Source: Candidatus Woesebacteria bacterium
GTDB lineage: Bacteria > Patescibacteriota > Microgenomatia > UBA1400 > UBA1396
Direction: 5' to 3'
NCBI GenBank assembly: GCA_021208605.1
Contig: JAJOJK010000007.1
Location: 1-48,221 of the forward strand
Length of the DNA: 48,221 nt
Shown here: positions 1-7,708 of the stretch, piece after piece
How positions within the stretch are numbered: the first letter of the stretch is position 1
How the letters are laid out: every line of letters begins with the position of its first letter
Notes under the pieces: generated by a model
The model's input: the letters and a program-made list of their open reading frames with translations, nothing else
Told to the model about the DNA's origin: nothing
The model's database searches: none
Program-made: the position numbers and the translations under genes

Positions 1-2
1 AT

Positions 3-1298
3 AACGGACAGCCTGGTCAGACGAATCAGAGCAACCCGGAAAGCAGCTCGGCAGCCAGTAGCGCTGCTGAACAAGAAACCAATCGTGAAACGCGCGACTC
101 GGCGCAATCATGCAACAGTTTGACCCGCTTGGGTGTAGGAGACATTGCAATCGTCTCCGATGCGACGCCGGATGATCTCCCGCTACGCTCGGGACCAAGC
201 ACGTCAAATTCGATTCTGGTACAAATCCCCATTCGCACAGAGGTAACCATCATCAGCGGTCCGTTTTGCGATGGTCGTCTCGTTTGGTGGGAAACCCAGT
301 ACCGTGGATCCACGGGATGGGTAGCTGAGGTGAATGGGTATAACAACTATAACCTCATTCCGAACGGGCAGCCGTTGCCCGGCAGTGGGTCAAGTTCTAG
401 TAGTGGTTCCAGCTCCTCAATCGGATCTTTGGGAACCTCCAGCAATAATAGCTGTGCAGGAGCGTTGACGCCGACCTTGGAAATTGGAGATCGTGGGCGT
501 GTAACATACACAAACGGTGATCCAACAGGTATGCGCACAACCCCGCAAGGGGCGTTGATTACACGTCTGCCAGAAGGAACGGAATTTGACGTCATCGGTG
601 GTCCACAGTGTACTGATGCCCAGAACGGGCATTTGTGGTGGGTGCAAATCGAAACTGACTCAAGTCAAGTAGGTTGGGTGCCGTTTGGTTATATTGGCAC
701 GCCGTATTGGATTGAGCCGGCGCCCGAACAAATTAGCTCAGTAACATCAAACCGCAATATCATTAGTGATAGAGTTGAACTGTCAGATGGAACAACATTC
801 ACTTTTGAATACGATGAAGATCGTCACTGGATCTTGAATGGCTCGGAGTATGTTGTATCTGAGCTGCAGAAGATTGAAGGTCGGATTGATTCAAGTTTAC
901 ATGTTACTGGCCAAGTGCGCACAGTCTTCGAATATGCTGTGCCGGTCGTAGGTGATTCAGATGAAAATGTGAGAATAATTCGGGATCATTTTTGCGATGG
1001 AAATCTTCATTGCGAATTTGATATCGCCTATTTGATTGGTGACCGTCTGATGGATCTCTCCGGAGTTGGTAATATTGTCTATGGCTATTACATTGACTCC
1101 CTTGATCTGCCACTGCGCATGAGTGACGCATTAGCAGATTGGGATCAACTCATCAGTTCTCTTCGCGCTCGTGAGTATATTACTCTTCACGACAATTCAG
1201 ATGATATTGCACAACGCCAAGTTGGCCGTGAGTTACGCCGCAGAGGTTTAAGCGTTGACAATCTCAGTGAAATTGCTGAAGACCTTGAGCTTCACTAA
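3..1298 (+). CDS. Secreted SH3b-domain protein, 5'-partial, with an unrecognised C-terminal domain
   Basis: There is no stop between nt 3 and the TTG at 120 used by the ORF track, so the gene begins upstream of the window. Two bacterial-SH3-like modules (GRLVWWETQYRGSTGWVAEVNG; GHLWWVQIETDSSQVGWVPFGY) flank a Ser-rich linker. The last ~190 aa match nothing I recognise. Confidence 0.6.
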   Translation, partial: NGQPGQTNQSNPESSSAASSAAEQETNRETRDSAQSCNSLTRLGVGDIAIVSDATPDDLPLRSGPSTSNSILVQIPIRTEVTIISGPFCDGRLVWWETQYRGSTGWVAEVNGYNNYNLIPNGQPLPGSGSSSSSGSSSSIGSLGTSSNNSCAGALTPTLEIGDRGRVTYTNGDPTGMRTTPQGALITRLPEGTEFDVIGGPQCTDAQNGHLWWVQIETDSSQVGWVPFGYIGTPYWIEPAPEQISSVTSNRNIISDRVELSDGTTFTFEYDEDRHWILNGSEYVVSELQKIEGRIDSSLHVTGQVRTVFEYAVPVVGDSDENVRIIRDHFCDGNLHCEFDIAYLIGDRLMDLSGVGNIVYGYYIDSLDLPLRMSDALADWDQLISSLRAREYITLHDNSDDIAQRQVGRELRRRGLSVDNLSEIAEDLELH

Positions 1299-1307
1299 GC
1301 TCTAGCT

Positions 1308-1331
1308 GTGGGTGGCCGAAAGGTCACCCAC
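1308..1331. other. Strong hairpin (10-bp stem, GAAA tetraloop) between convergent genes
   Basis: GTGGGTGGCC-GAAA-GGTCACCCAC. It is followed by TAAAAAACA on the + strand, so the T-run lies 5' of the stem on the - strand. It is therefore not a canonical intrinsic terminator on either strand. Confidence 0.35.
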
Positions 1332-1355
1332 TAAAAAACAACGTAACTATTATTA

Positions 1356-1670
1356 CTAATATAAATAAATTAGATATGTTCCAATAATACCGACGATAGA
1401 ATATACCAAACTATTTAACAGGTTTTTTATTTTTGAATCTCTTTTTTGTTTTTCTGAAAATATTTGAAGTGTCAGTATAGAAAAAAAACTAAGAAGAAAC
1501 CAAATAATAAATATAGTTAAGTTTCCCATAAGTGTGACTACAAGATAAGTAATACCACTAACATACATACCTAATAGTAGCGAATTATGGTTCGGTATAT
1601 TTTGTATTAGTGATATCAGCAGAAACCAAAAAATGTTTATTGTTACGCTTATTATAACTTTTTTTCTCAT
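1356..1670 (-). CDS. Small multi-pass membrane protein, unknown function
   Basis: The ORF is very AT-rich, with 3-4 hydrophobic stretches. I prefer the ATG at 1670 (MRKKVII...) over the GTG at 1685. Confidence 0.45.
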   Translation of the reverse strand: MRKKVIISVTINIFWFLLISLIQNIPNHNSLLLGMYVSGITYLVVTLMGNLTIFIIWFLLSFFSILTLQIFSEKQKRDSKIKNLLNSLVYSIVGIIGTYLIYLY

Positions 1671-1874
1671 AATATTTATGGTCACATTATACTATTATGT
1701 CTTTAAAAAATCGAAGTCAATAAACCCCTCCACGAAAAAGAGACAACGCCATACACAACTGGATGAAAAATAATAAGTACAAGTAAAAAACCGAGTCCGT
1801 AAAAAAACTTTGTGTTTTTTTTCACCTATGCAAAGAGACTAATACATCTCTCACATAGTATACAATGCAGCAAT

Positions 1875-2330
1875 ATGAAATTACCTGTTTTTGTAAAGGT
1901 CTTTTTCTTTTTTGTTGTGTTCATGGTCATCATTCCTTTCATGCTTATCACGGGGATTACCGTCATTGGGCCATTCTTTTTTGCGACTGACTCCGTTCTC
2001 TCTATAGAATCTCTTTCATCATTCCGCTCTGTAGTCCGGAATATAATTGCCGGGCCAGTCTTTACGGTATTGCTGGCTGCATTGGCCGGTTTTTTGGGAG
2101 TGAGAAAGGATTTTTCAAACCAGACTCGATCGATACTTTTCGGCGTACTTCTCTTTTTTTTCTTCACTTTCCTCTTGCGAAGTGGCATAGCGTACTACGC
2201 ATATATTTCTTTCGGAGTTCCCTTTAGTTGGGACTTATTACTCATTGGCTGGGGAATGAAAACGCTTTTGACAATGCTGGGTTTGGCGGTAGGATTCTTT
2301 GTCGCTCGTAGCGTATATAATAAAGAGTGA
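1875..2330 (+). CDS. Multi-pass membrane protein, unknown function
   Basis: Hydrophobic ORF. The ATG at 1875 (MKLPVFVKVFFFF...) looks more plausible than the GTG at 1812. Confidence 0.5.
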   Translation: MKLPVFVKVFFFFVVFMVIIPFMLITGITVIGPFFFATDSVLSIESLSSFRSVVRNIIAGPVFTVLLAALAGFLGVRKDFSNQTRSILFGVLLFFFFTFLLRSGIAYYAYISFGVPFSWDLLLIGWGMKTLLTMLGLAVGFFVARSVYNKE

Positions 2331-2384
2331 TGACTGTGCGTTTAGTATCAATAGTTCGAATCTCTATTTAACTCAAAAAAACTC

Positions 2385-2723
2385 ATGAATAGCAAAAAAG
2401 ACGTACTGAAAACAATCATAATTTTTTTAGTAGCTCTAACTCTGAGAATTACTATTCTTGGCATCGTCTTCAGCTTTTTCTCTGCATTTGTAGATCAAAA
2501 TTATACGGCTCTCTCTTACGTGTTTGAGGATATAGCTTACTTTATTTTTTATGCCACATTCTTAATCCCACTGGTGGATGTGCCGCTCATTATTTTTATG
2601 ACTCGAAAAGAAGAAAAGACGCTTTCGCTTTGGTTGCAACGTGGAGCGATGTTGGTTGGTAATATTGTGTTGAGTCAGGCGTTTGTTGGGATATTTTTGT
2701 TGGGTGCAAATATGGTTGGGTAA
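2385..2723 (+). CDS. Small membrane protein, unknown function
   Basis: 112-aa ORF with an ATG start and three hydrophobic segments. It shares strand and AT-rich composition with the upstream gene. Confidence 0.5.
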   Translation: MNSKKDVLKTIIIFLVALTLRITILGIVFSFFSAFVDQNYTALSYVFEDIAYFIFYATFLIPLVDVPLIIFMTRKEEKTLSLWLQRGAMLVGNIVLSQAFVGIFLLGANMVG

Positions 2724-2920
2724 GAGAGATCTATAAGATACGATCGATTATATTTTTTATTTAAAACGACGCTTCTAAAATAACATTCTCCGGGTACTCT
2801 GGAGAGTTTTCCCCGAATGGCAACGACTCCAACATATCTAGATTGAAGTTTACAACTTTGACAAACCTTTGCATCACTGGTGTATTGTCACCAATGGCTT
2901 TGATTCGAATATGAGTTGCT

Positions 2921-3394
2921 TCAAAATTTTTCTATAATCCCTACAATTTCTTCCATGGTTACCAAAGCAACACCGGCAGGATTTAATGCTCTGTTATCCA
3001 CCATCAACGCATAGTTTTCTGCCGGGATGCTAATTTCTTCCCTATTGCCTCGTTGCGTTTTATCTGGGGTGACATATGGTTCTGGTACTACTTCTCCATC
3101 GATATACACCTGGGAATCCTGTATTCGGAGAGACTCATGTGGCAATCCAACTATTCTACTTACTGTGAGGTAATCTTCATGTGTGTATACAACAATTGTT
3201 CCCCGACTGAGGTGATCACTATTTTGCACATGCGTATACCGATAGTTTTGTAAGGAGCTTAGAGTTGGCTCCATGGCTGGGCCCTGAATAAGAATGCTAT
3301 TTTTGTAAAAGAAATGAGTTAAAAAAGAAAATGTAAACAGGATGCCTAGTGTAATAATTACGAAAAGAATAATCTTTCTGAGTTTACTTGTCAT
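2921..3394 (-). CDS. S26 signal peptidase I homologue with both catalytic dyad residues substituted
   Basis: An N-terminal TM segment is followed by the conserved SPase I boxes. These read GPAMEPTL (canonical G-x-S-M-x-P-T-L), SRGTIVVY, VSRIVGLPHE (canonical V-K-R-x-x-G-L-P-G-D) and MVDNRALNPAG (canonical GDNRxxSxDSR). Confidence 0.7.
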   Translation of the reverse strand: MTSKLRKIILFVIITLGILFTFSFLTHFFYKNSILIQGPAMEPTLSSLQNYRYTHVQNSDHLSRGTIVVYTHEDYLTVSRIVGLPHESLRIQDSQVYIDGEVVPEPYVTPDKTQRGNREEISIPAENYALMVDNRALNPAGVALVTMEEIVGIIEKF

Positions 3395-3453
3395 TGTCTA
3401 ATTGTACAGACTTCTATGATTTTTAGAATTATATTAGTGTACTAGTTTGCTAG

Positions 3454-3482
3454 TTTACACAAAAGAAGTCATAGTTTAAAAT
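3454..3482 (+). promoter_or_regulatory. Candidate sigma70-type promoter (TTTACA-17 nt-TAAAAT)
   Basis: The hexamers lie at 3454-3459 and 3477-3482 in the divergent intergenic region. Chance matches are likely in AT-rich DNA. Confidence 0.3.
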
Positions 3483-3495
3483 CGGTTCTTATCAA

Positions 3496-3546
3496 ATGCA
3501 AGTCCAATCAATTATCTATCACTGTTCTTGGTGGCAGCTCAGCTAA
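3496..3546 (+). promoter_or_regulatory. Candidate leader peptide ORF MQVQSIIYHCSWWQLS* with tandem Trp codons
   Basis: My own translation of the intergenic sequence gives atg caa gtc caa tca att atc tat cac tgt tct tgg tgg cag ctc agc taa. The TGG TGG pair at 3529-3534 lies three codons before the stop, as in E. coli trpL ([14 protein letters not shown]). I see no clear Shine-Dalgarno sequence. Confidence 0.4.
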
Positions 3547-3583
3547 ATAAAGCCGGAGCTGATTGGTTGTATATTCCCTACTC

Positions 3584-3607
3584 ATCTGTCTCCTGGCAGA
3601 TTTTTTT
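3584..3607 (+). terminator. Intrinsic-terminator-like hairpin plus T7 run, 12 nt upstream of the GNAT-like gene
   Basis: The stem ATCTGTC/GGCAGAT has 7 bp including one G-U, the loop is TCCT, and TTTTTTT (3601-3607) follows. No + strand gene ends nearby, so it looks like a leader or attenuator element. Confidence 0.5.
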
Positions 3608-3618
3608 GTAAAAAATAA

Positions 3619-4248
3619 ATGAAAGGAAATATGCAACAAACAGAAAAAATTACATTTGAAAGATACTATAGTGTTCAATCTGCTGAAGAGTTAGGAATAC
3701 TCGCACAGAGTATTGCGGAATGTGTTTCGAGTGCTTTTCAAGGTGGAGTAACAGAAAAAGACACCCGAGAGCATATAAGCGGTGACCTTATTATGGTAAA
3801 CAGAAATGCTGAAAGGGTGAACGCTTTTAGTGTCATAATTTTTGCATCACCAAATGAAATTTTTACGAGTAATTCTATCTCAAATCAGAAAGGTGCTTAT
3901 TTTGCGGCTGCAACAGTGCGGAAAGAATTGCAGGGTCTAGGACTTTATAAAGCAATGAATAACGAAAGAATACTGGAGGCTATGAATAGTCATGTGCCCC
4001 TAATTTTTACGCGTACTCAGAATCCACGTGTCCAAGCGGGGATAGAAGCTGTGTTGAGCGATTATGAGGCAAGTGGATATATAGCATCTTACTCAACAAA
4101 GAGAATGAAAGTTTCTGGTGCCTATGGTCAAATGCTTACAAAAGAAAAACCGTTTTCAGATTCAGTAACCTTTAGTGATCTTGATTTAGAAGCTGGAGAT
4201 GCTTACATTTTGCTTTTTCATATTAAATACCCAACTAGAAACAGATAA
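3619..4248 (+). CDS. GNAT-like N-acetyltransferase (tentative)
   Basis: VRKELQGLGLYKAM fits the GNAT acetyl-CoA motif R/Q-x-x-G-x-G/A. The start may instead be the ATG at 3631, which is preceded by AAAGGA. The stop lies 2 nt before the next start. Confidence 0.4.
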   Translation: MKGNMQQTEKITFERYYSVQSAEELGILAQSIAECVSSAFQGGVTEKDTREHISGDLIMVNRNAERVNAFSVIIFASPNEIFTSNSISNQKGAYFAAATVRKELQGLGLYKAMNNERILEAMNSHVPLIFTRTQNPRVQAGIEAVLSDYEASGYIASYSTKRMKVSGAYGQMLTKEKPFSDSVTFSDLDLEAGDAYILLFHIKYPTRNR

Positions 4249-4250
4249 TC

Positions 4251-4898
4251 ATGAATAGAAATATACAATTTGTTACTGCTCTCCATGGAAATGAATACAT
4301 GCCAACTCTGGCAATAGCCAGCCTTGGTCTTCCACAGACTATAGGGAATCCTAAGGCATTAGCCGTTGGAAAAAGGTTTATTGATGCAGATCTGAATGGT
4401 GTCTTTGGCACTCACGGTGAAGGGTATGAATATACACGCGCATCAGAGCTATTACAGTCTATCGAAACATCAACTCCAGTGATTGATTTTCATACATTTT
4501 CGGCTGAAAGTGATCCCTTTGCTATCTTTGTTGATGCTCATCAGTTCGAATTAGCGAAGAAGACTGGAATAAAAAAGTTAATTTATATGAAGAATAACTT
4601 TAAGAAAGGGAGAGCCCTCATAAATCATGTGACAGGGGTGTCTGTTGAGGTTGGAACGCATACAAGTCCTCAATCTTTTGAAGTAACGCAGCAAATTGTC
4701 AAGAATGTTCTTAATGAGAATAGTATGAATCATGATGTTGAAATATTTGAGGTTTATGACACGATAACTCAGCCAGGGGATTATGTTAATTTTCAAGAAT
4801 ATAACAATGAATTTTATCCTGTTCTGGCCGGTCCTAATCCATATAATTTTTATGGATTAAAGGCAAGACGAATCAGTAGTTACGACTTGCCTCAGTGA
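4251..4898 (+). CDS. Succinylglutamate desuccinylase/aspartoacylase (AstE/AspA, M14-like) family protein, short form
   Basis: The N-terminal ALHGNEYMPT (the H-x-x-E zinc motif of the family), IDADLNG (compare DLNR) and VIDFHT all fit. At 215 aa it is shorter than typical members. Confidence 0.55.
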   Translation: MNRNIQFVTALHGNEYMPTLAIASLGLPQTIGNPKALAVGKRFIDADLNGVFGTHGEGYEYTRASELLQSIETSTPVIDFHTFSAESDPFAIFVDAHQFELAKKTGIKKLIYMKNNFKKGRALINHVTGVSVEVGTHTSPQSFEVTQQIVKNVLNENSMNHDVEIFEVYDTITQPGDYVNFQEYNNEFYPVLAGPNPYNFYGLKARRISSYDLPQ

Positions 4899-4941
4899 GT
4901 AATAAATTTCTTAGTACTCCTTTACTGATATACTAGGCGCT

Positions 4942-5199
4942 ATGAGTGAAAAGCAATACTTAGCTGAATTCATTAAGCAATTGCGCTTATATGATGATGA
5001 ATCATCTTTGCGTTCATTTTTGGAAGCTATATTAACTCCTAAAGAGCTTGAAGAAATTCCAAAGCGATTACAAATCGTTAAAATGCTAAAACAAGGGATT
5101 CCACAACGAGAGATTTCAGAAAATTTAGGAGTTGGGATCGCCACGGTGACTCGTGGTTCAAAAGAAGTCAATAAAGGTAACTTTCAAGATATTGCATAA
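4942..5199 (+). CDS. YerC/YecD-type TrpR-like DNA-binding protein
   Basis: This 85-aa protein contains LTPKELEEIPKRLQIVKMLKQGIPQREISENLGVGIATVTRGS, which is typical of the Trp-repressor-related YerC/YecD family. Confidence 0.8.
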   Translation: MSEKQYLAEFIKQLRLYDDESSLRSFLEAILTPKELEEIPKRLQIVKMLKQGIPQREISENLGVGIATVTRGSKEVNKGNFQDIA

Positions 5200-5294
5200 A
5201 GAATCACTTGTCATGTTATATCTAGTTCTTTTTCTTTCTGATATCACCGTACTTACTCTTTTGTATGATGTGTTGGTGAAGTAGAATATTGAGG

Positions 5295-6406
5295 ATGTTT
5301 CAATATTTTGCAAATAAATGGAAACGTTTTCAGCCAACGCTGTGGACTATTCTATTCAGTTTCGATATATACCTACTTTTGCATATTTTTACATGGGGAG
5401 AAACTTCATCAATTCCAACAATTGATTTCTATTTAGCATTTATCGTTCCACTTTTTTGCCGATAGTGTTTTCGATAGGGTACGCTTGGATCACGGCTTCT
5501 CGCCGTTGGTGGGGTCAAATGGGAATGACTTTTCTATTCACCGTTTTGAGCGTTTCGTTTGTAAGCATTGTCTACACTGCTGTTATTTTCGATGCTTGTT
5601 TTCATCAGCTTCCGGCAGCACTTGGATGCGATTCTGATCCATTTCCACTGATGGGTCTACCAATGCTTTTTGGATTTATTGGTATTGTTTCTACAGTGTT
5701 TATATCACCAGTTATCTCACTGATAGTGCGTAGCGTTTATAAACTTGGTTCTTTGGCTTTTGTGCGAAATATTTTAGAAAAAATGAAAATTGCTACAAAG
5801 CACTGGCTCGTAGTTAAAGTGGCGGTGTTGGGTGCTTTTATTCTCTTGTTTGGAGCTTTCAGTTGGCATCGTGCACAATGGGAAACCCATTTTAGTGCGC
5901 GCACTAAAATTAGGCTATCCTACCCAGATCAAATGGGACTTTTATATTCTCATAGTTATTGGAATGTGAGTGATATCGGAGTTGATAATATTTGGTTTAC
6001 AGGAGCCAGCCAGATCACTTCAGGTTTGAAGGGCGCGTCTGTAAGTGTATATCCAATCGAAAAGATGAGTTTTAAAAACGGTGCGATTTTGCGAGTACTG
6101 TTCCCAAGTGTACATACAGAAGGCTCTGGTTTCGATAAAATGGAGTTAGCAGACATTCAGACTCTGAACATGATAGAAAAATTCCTGCAAGATAAGCCGT
6201 ATTTTCATGGTCAAAGAGAGCTCATCTGGAAAGGAAATACCGCTCATGAATTTCGCTATAGCTCAGATTCTTTCAATAATCTCGAATGCGCTCTTTTGTA
6301 TACCGAGCGTGAAAAAATGTATCTAATCCGTGCATGTTGGCCAGCCAACGATTCAAAAACCAAACGTCAAGTTGATGGGATTGTTAACTCTTTAGAGCTG
6401 CCGTAG
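5295..6406 (+). CDS. Membrane protein with soluble C-terminal domain; needs a -1 shift at a T6 run, otherwise 5519..6406
   Basis: A 56-codon hydrophobic ORF (5295-5465, ATG start, TAGAAT 7 nt upstream) overlaps the 5456..6406 frame at TTTTTT (5452-5457). The hydrophobic sequence continues across the junction. Confidence 0.45.
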
Positions 6407-6426
6407 ATCGAATTACAAGTACTCTT

Positions 6427-7692
6427 TTAAGACTGACTCTCAATCTTCTCTTTCCCCATAAACTCCCGCAACACCTCCGGCACCACAATCGAGCCATCAG
6501 CCTGCTGGTAGTTCTCGACCACCGCGGCCAAAAGGCGTGGTGTAGCGGCTACGGTGTTGTTGAGCGTGTAGACATGCTTAATCGTGCCGTCTTTGGCCTG
6601 GTAGCGAATGTTCAAGCGGCGAGCTTGGAAATCATTGAAGTAGCTGTCCGAGTGGGTTTCGCGGAAGCGGTCTTGGCCGGGGAACCAGGTTTCGATGTCG
6701 AACTTGCGGCGTTGGCCGGCACCCATGTCGCCAGTACACATTAAGAGCACTTGGTAATGGAGGCCGAGCTTTTGCAAGAGTTCTTCCGAGAAGCCGAGCA
6801 TTTTTTCGTGCCACTCGCGGGTGACTGTTTCGTCGGCCACGGTGTAGACCACTTGTTCCACTTTATTGAAGGTATGCACGCGGAAGACACCTTGTGTGTC
6901 TTTGCCGTAGCTCCCCACTTCGCGGCGGAAACAAGGGCTCATGCCAACCATTTTGATTGGCAGATCATCTTCGCGCAGGACTTCGTCTTGGTAGTAGGCG
7001 GTCAGTGGGACTTCGGCGGTGCCGATGAGGCCTTCGCCGTCTTGGTTGCGGTAGATGTCGTCCATGCCCCAGGGTCCGTAGCCGGTGTTAATAAAGGCCT
7101 GTTCTTTGACCATGACTGGAACAGCGTGTGGTGTAAAGCCGTGGCTGACCATGAGCTTGAGCGCGAACTGCAGCAGTGCTTGTTCGAGAAGCATCATGTC
7201 ACCGCGCAGGAAATAGGCGCGACTGCCCGCGATTTTTACAGCGCGTTCAGTGTCTAGGCCGCCCATTTCGGTCATGAGTTCGTCATGGGTTTTTGGCTGG
7301 AAGTCGTAGGTTGGTTTGTGGCCTTCGGTACGCACAACCACGTTGCCCTCCTCGTCTTTGCCGATGGGGGTGTCGTCACTGGCTGGGTTGGGGACGGCGA
7401 GCATGGCCATGGTGAACTGCTCTTCGATTTCTTTGAGCTGTGGCTCGACAGCTTTGAGCTGGGTTTTCAGCTCTTTGCCTTGGGCGATTTCTTCCTCGGT
7501 GGGGCGACGGCCTTTGATGCCGCGTTGCAGTTCGTTGCTTTGGCGACGGAGGTCTTCGACGGTTTTGATGAGGTCGCGACGTTGTTCGTCAATTGTGAGA
7601 ACAGTATCGATCACCTCTGGATTGAGTTGTTTGTTGGCGGCGGCGGTTTTGAGTTGGTCCGCGTGCTCGCGAATGTATTGAATGTCTAACAT
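6427..7692 (-). CDS. serS: Seryl-tRNA synthetase
   Basis: 421 aa with an N-terminal coiled-coil arm (MLDIQYIREH...) and class II core motifs (FRREVGS, TLNNTVAATPR). Confidence 0.95.
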   Translation of the reverse strand: MLDIQYIREHADQLKTAAANKQLNPEVIDTVLTIDEQRRDLIKTVEDLRRQSNELQRGIKGRRPTEEEIAQGKELKTQLKAVEPQLKEIEEQFTMAMLAVPNPASDDTPIGKDEEGNVVVRTEGHKPTYDFQPKTHDELMTEMGGLDTERAVKIAGSRAYFLRGDMMLLEQALLQFALKLMVSHGFTPHAVPVMVKEQAFINTGYGPWGMDDIYRNQDGEGLIGTAEVPLTAYYQDEVLREDDLPIKMVGMSPCFRREVGSYGKDTQGVFRVHTFNKVEQVVYTVADETVTREWHEKMLGFSEELLQKLGLHYQVLLMCTGDMGAGQRRKFDIETWFPGQDRFRETHSDSYFNDFQARRLNIRYQAKDGTIKHVYTLNNTVAATPRLLAAVVENYQQADGSIVVPEVLREFMGKEKIESQS

Positions 7693-7708
7693 GATTACTT
7701 TCTGTGCT

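Noticed and set aside
1308-1331. Hairpin after the SH3b gene considered as a Rho-independent terminator
   Set aside because: The stem is strong, but no U-tract follows it on either transcribed strand (an A-run follows on +, and the T-run precedes it on -). I kept it only as a hairpin.
2765-2920. Small minus-strand ORF just downstream of the SPase homologue (…IRIKAIGDNTPVMQRFVKVVNFNLDMLESLPFGENSPEYPENVILEASF*)
   Set aside because: It has only 37 codons from the first ATG, no SD or promoter signal, and no recognisable family. The evidence is too thin for a gene call, though it could be a real small protein.
3402-3429. Second promoter-like pair, TTGTAC-16-TAGAAT, in the 3395-3618 intergenic region
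   Set aside because: The -35 is poor, and such matches are expected by chance in DNA this AT-rich. It could serve either divergent gene, so it is not listed as a feature.
4911-5171. 86-aa minus-strand ORF overlapping the YerC gene
   Set aside because: It is antisense to a strongly recognisable YerC/TrpR-like ORF and has no motifs.
1340-6420. AT-rich block considered as a genomic island or prophage remnant
   Set aside because: No integrase, transposase, phage gene, flanking tRNA or direct repeats are visible. I report it only as a compositional anomaly.
6751-7689. Long + strand ORFs (6751..7257, 7285..7689, 7316..7681) opposite serS
   Set aside because: They lie entirely antisense to a confidently identified serS. 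Their Gly/Val/Phe-rich translations are typical of antisense frames in GC-rich coding DNA.
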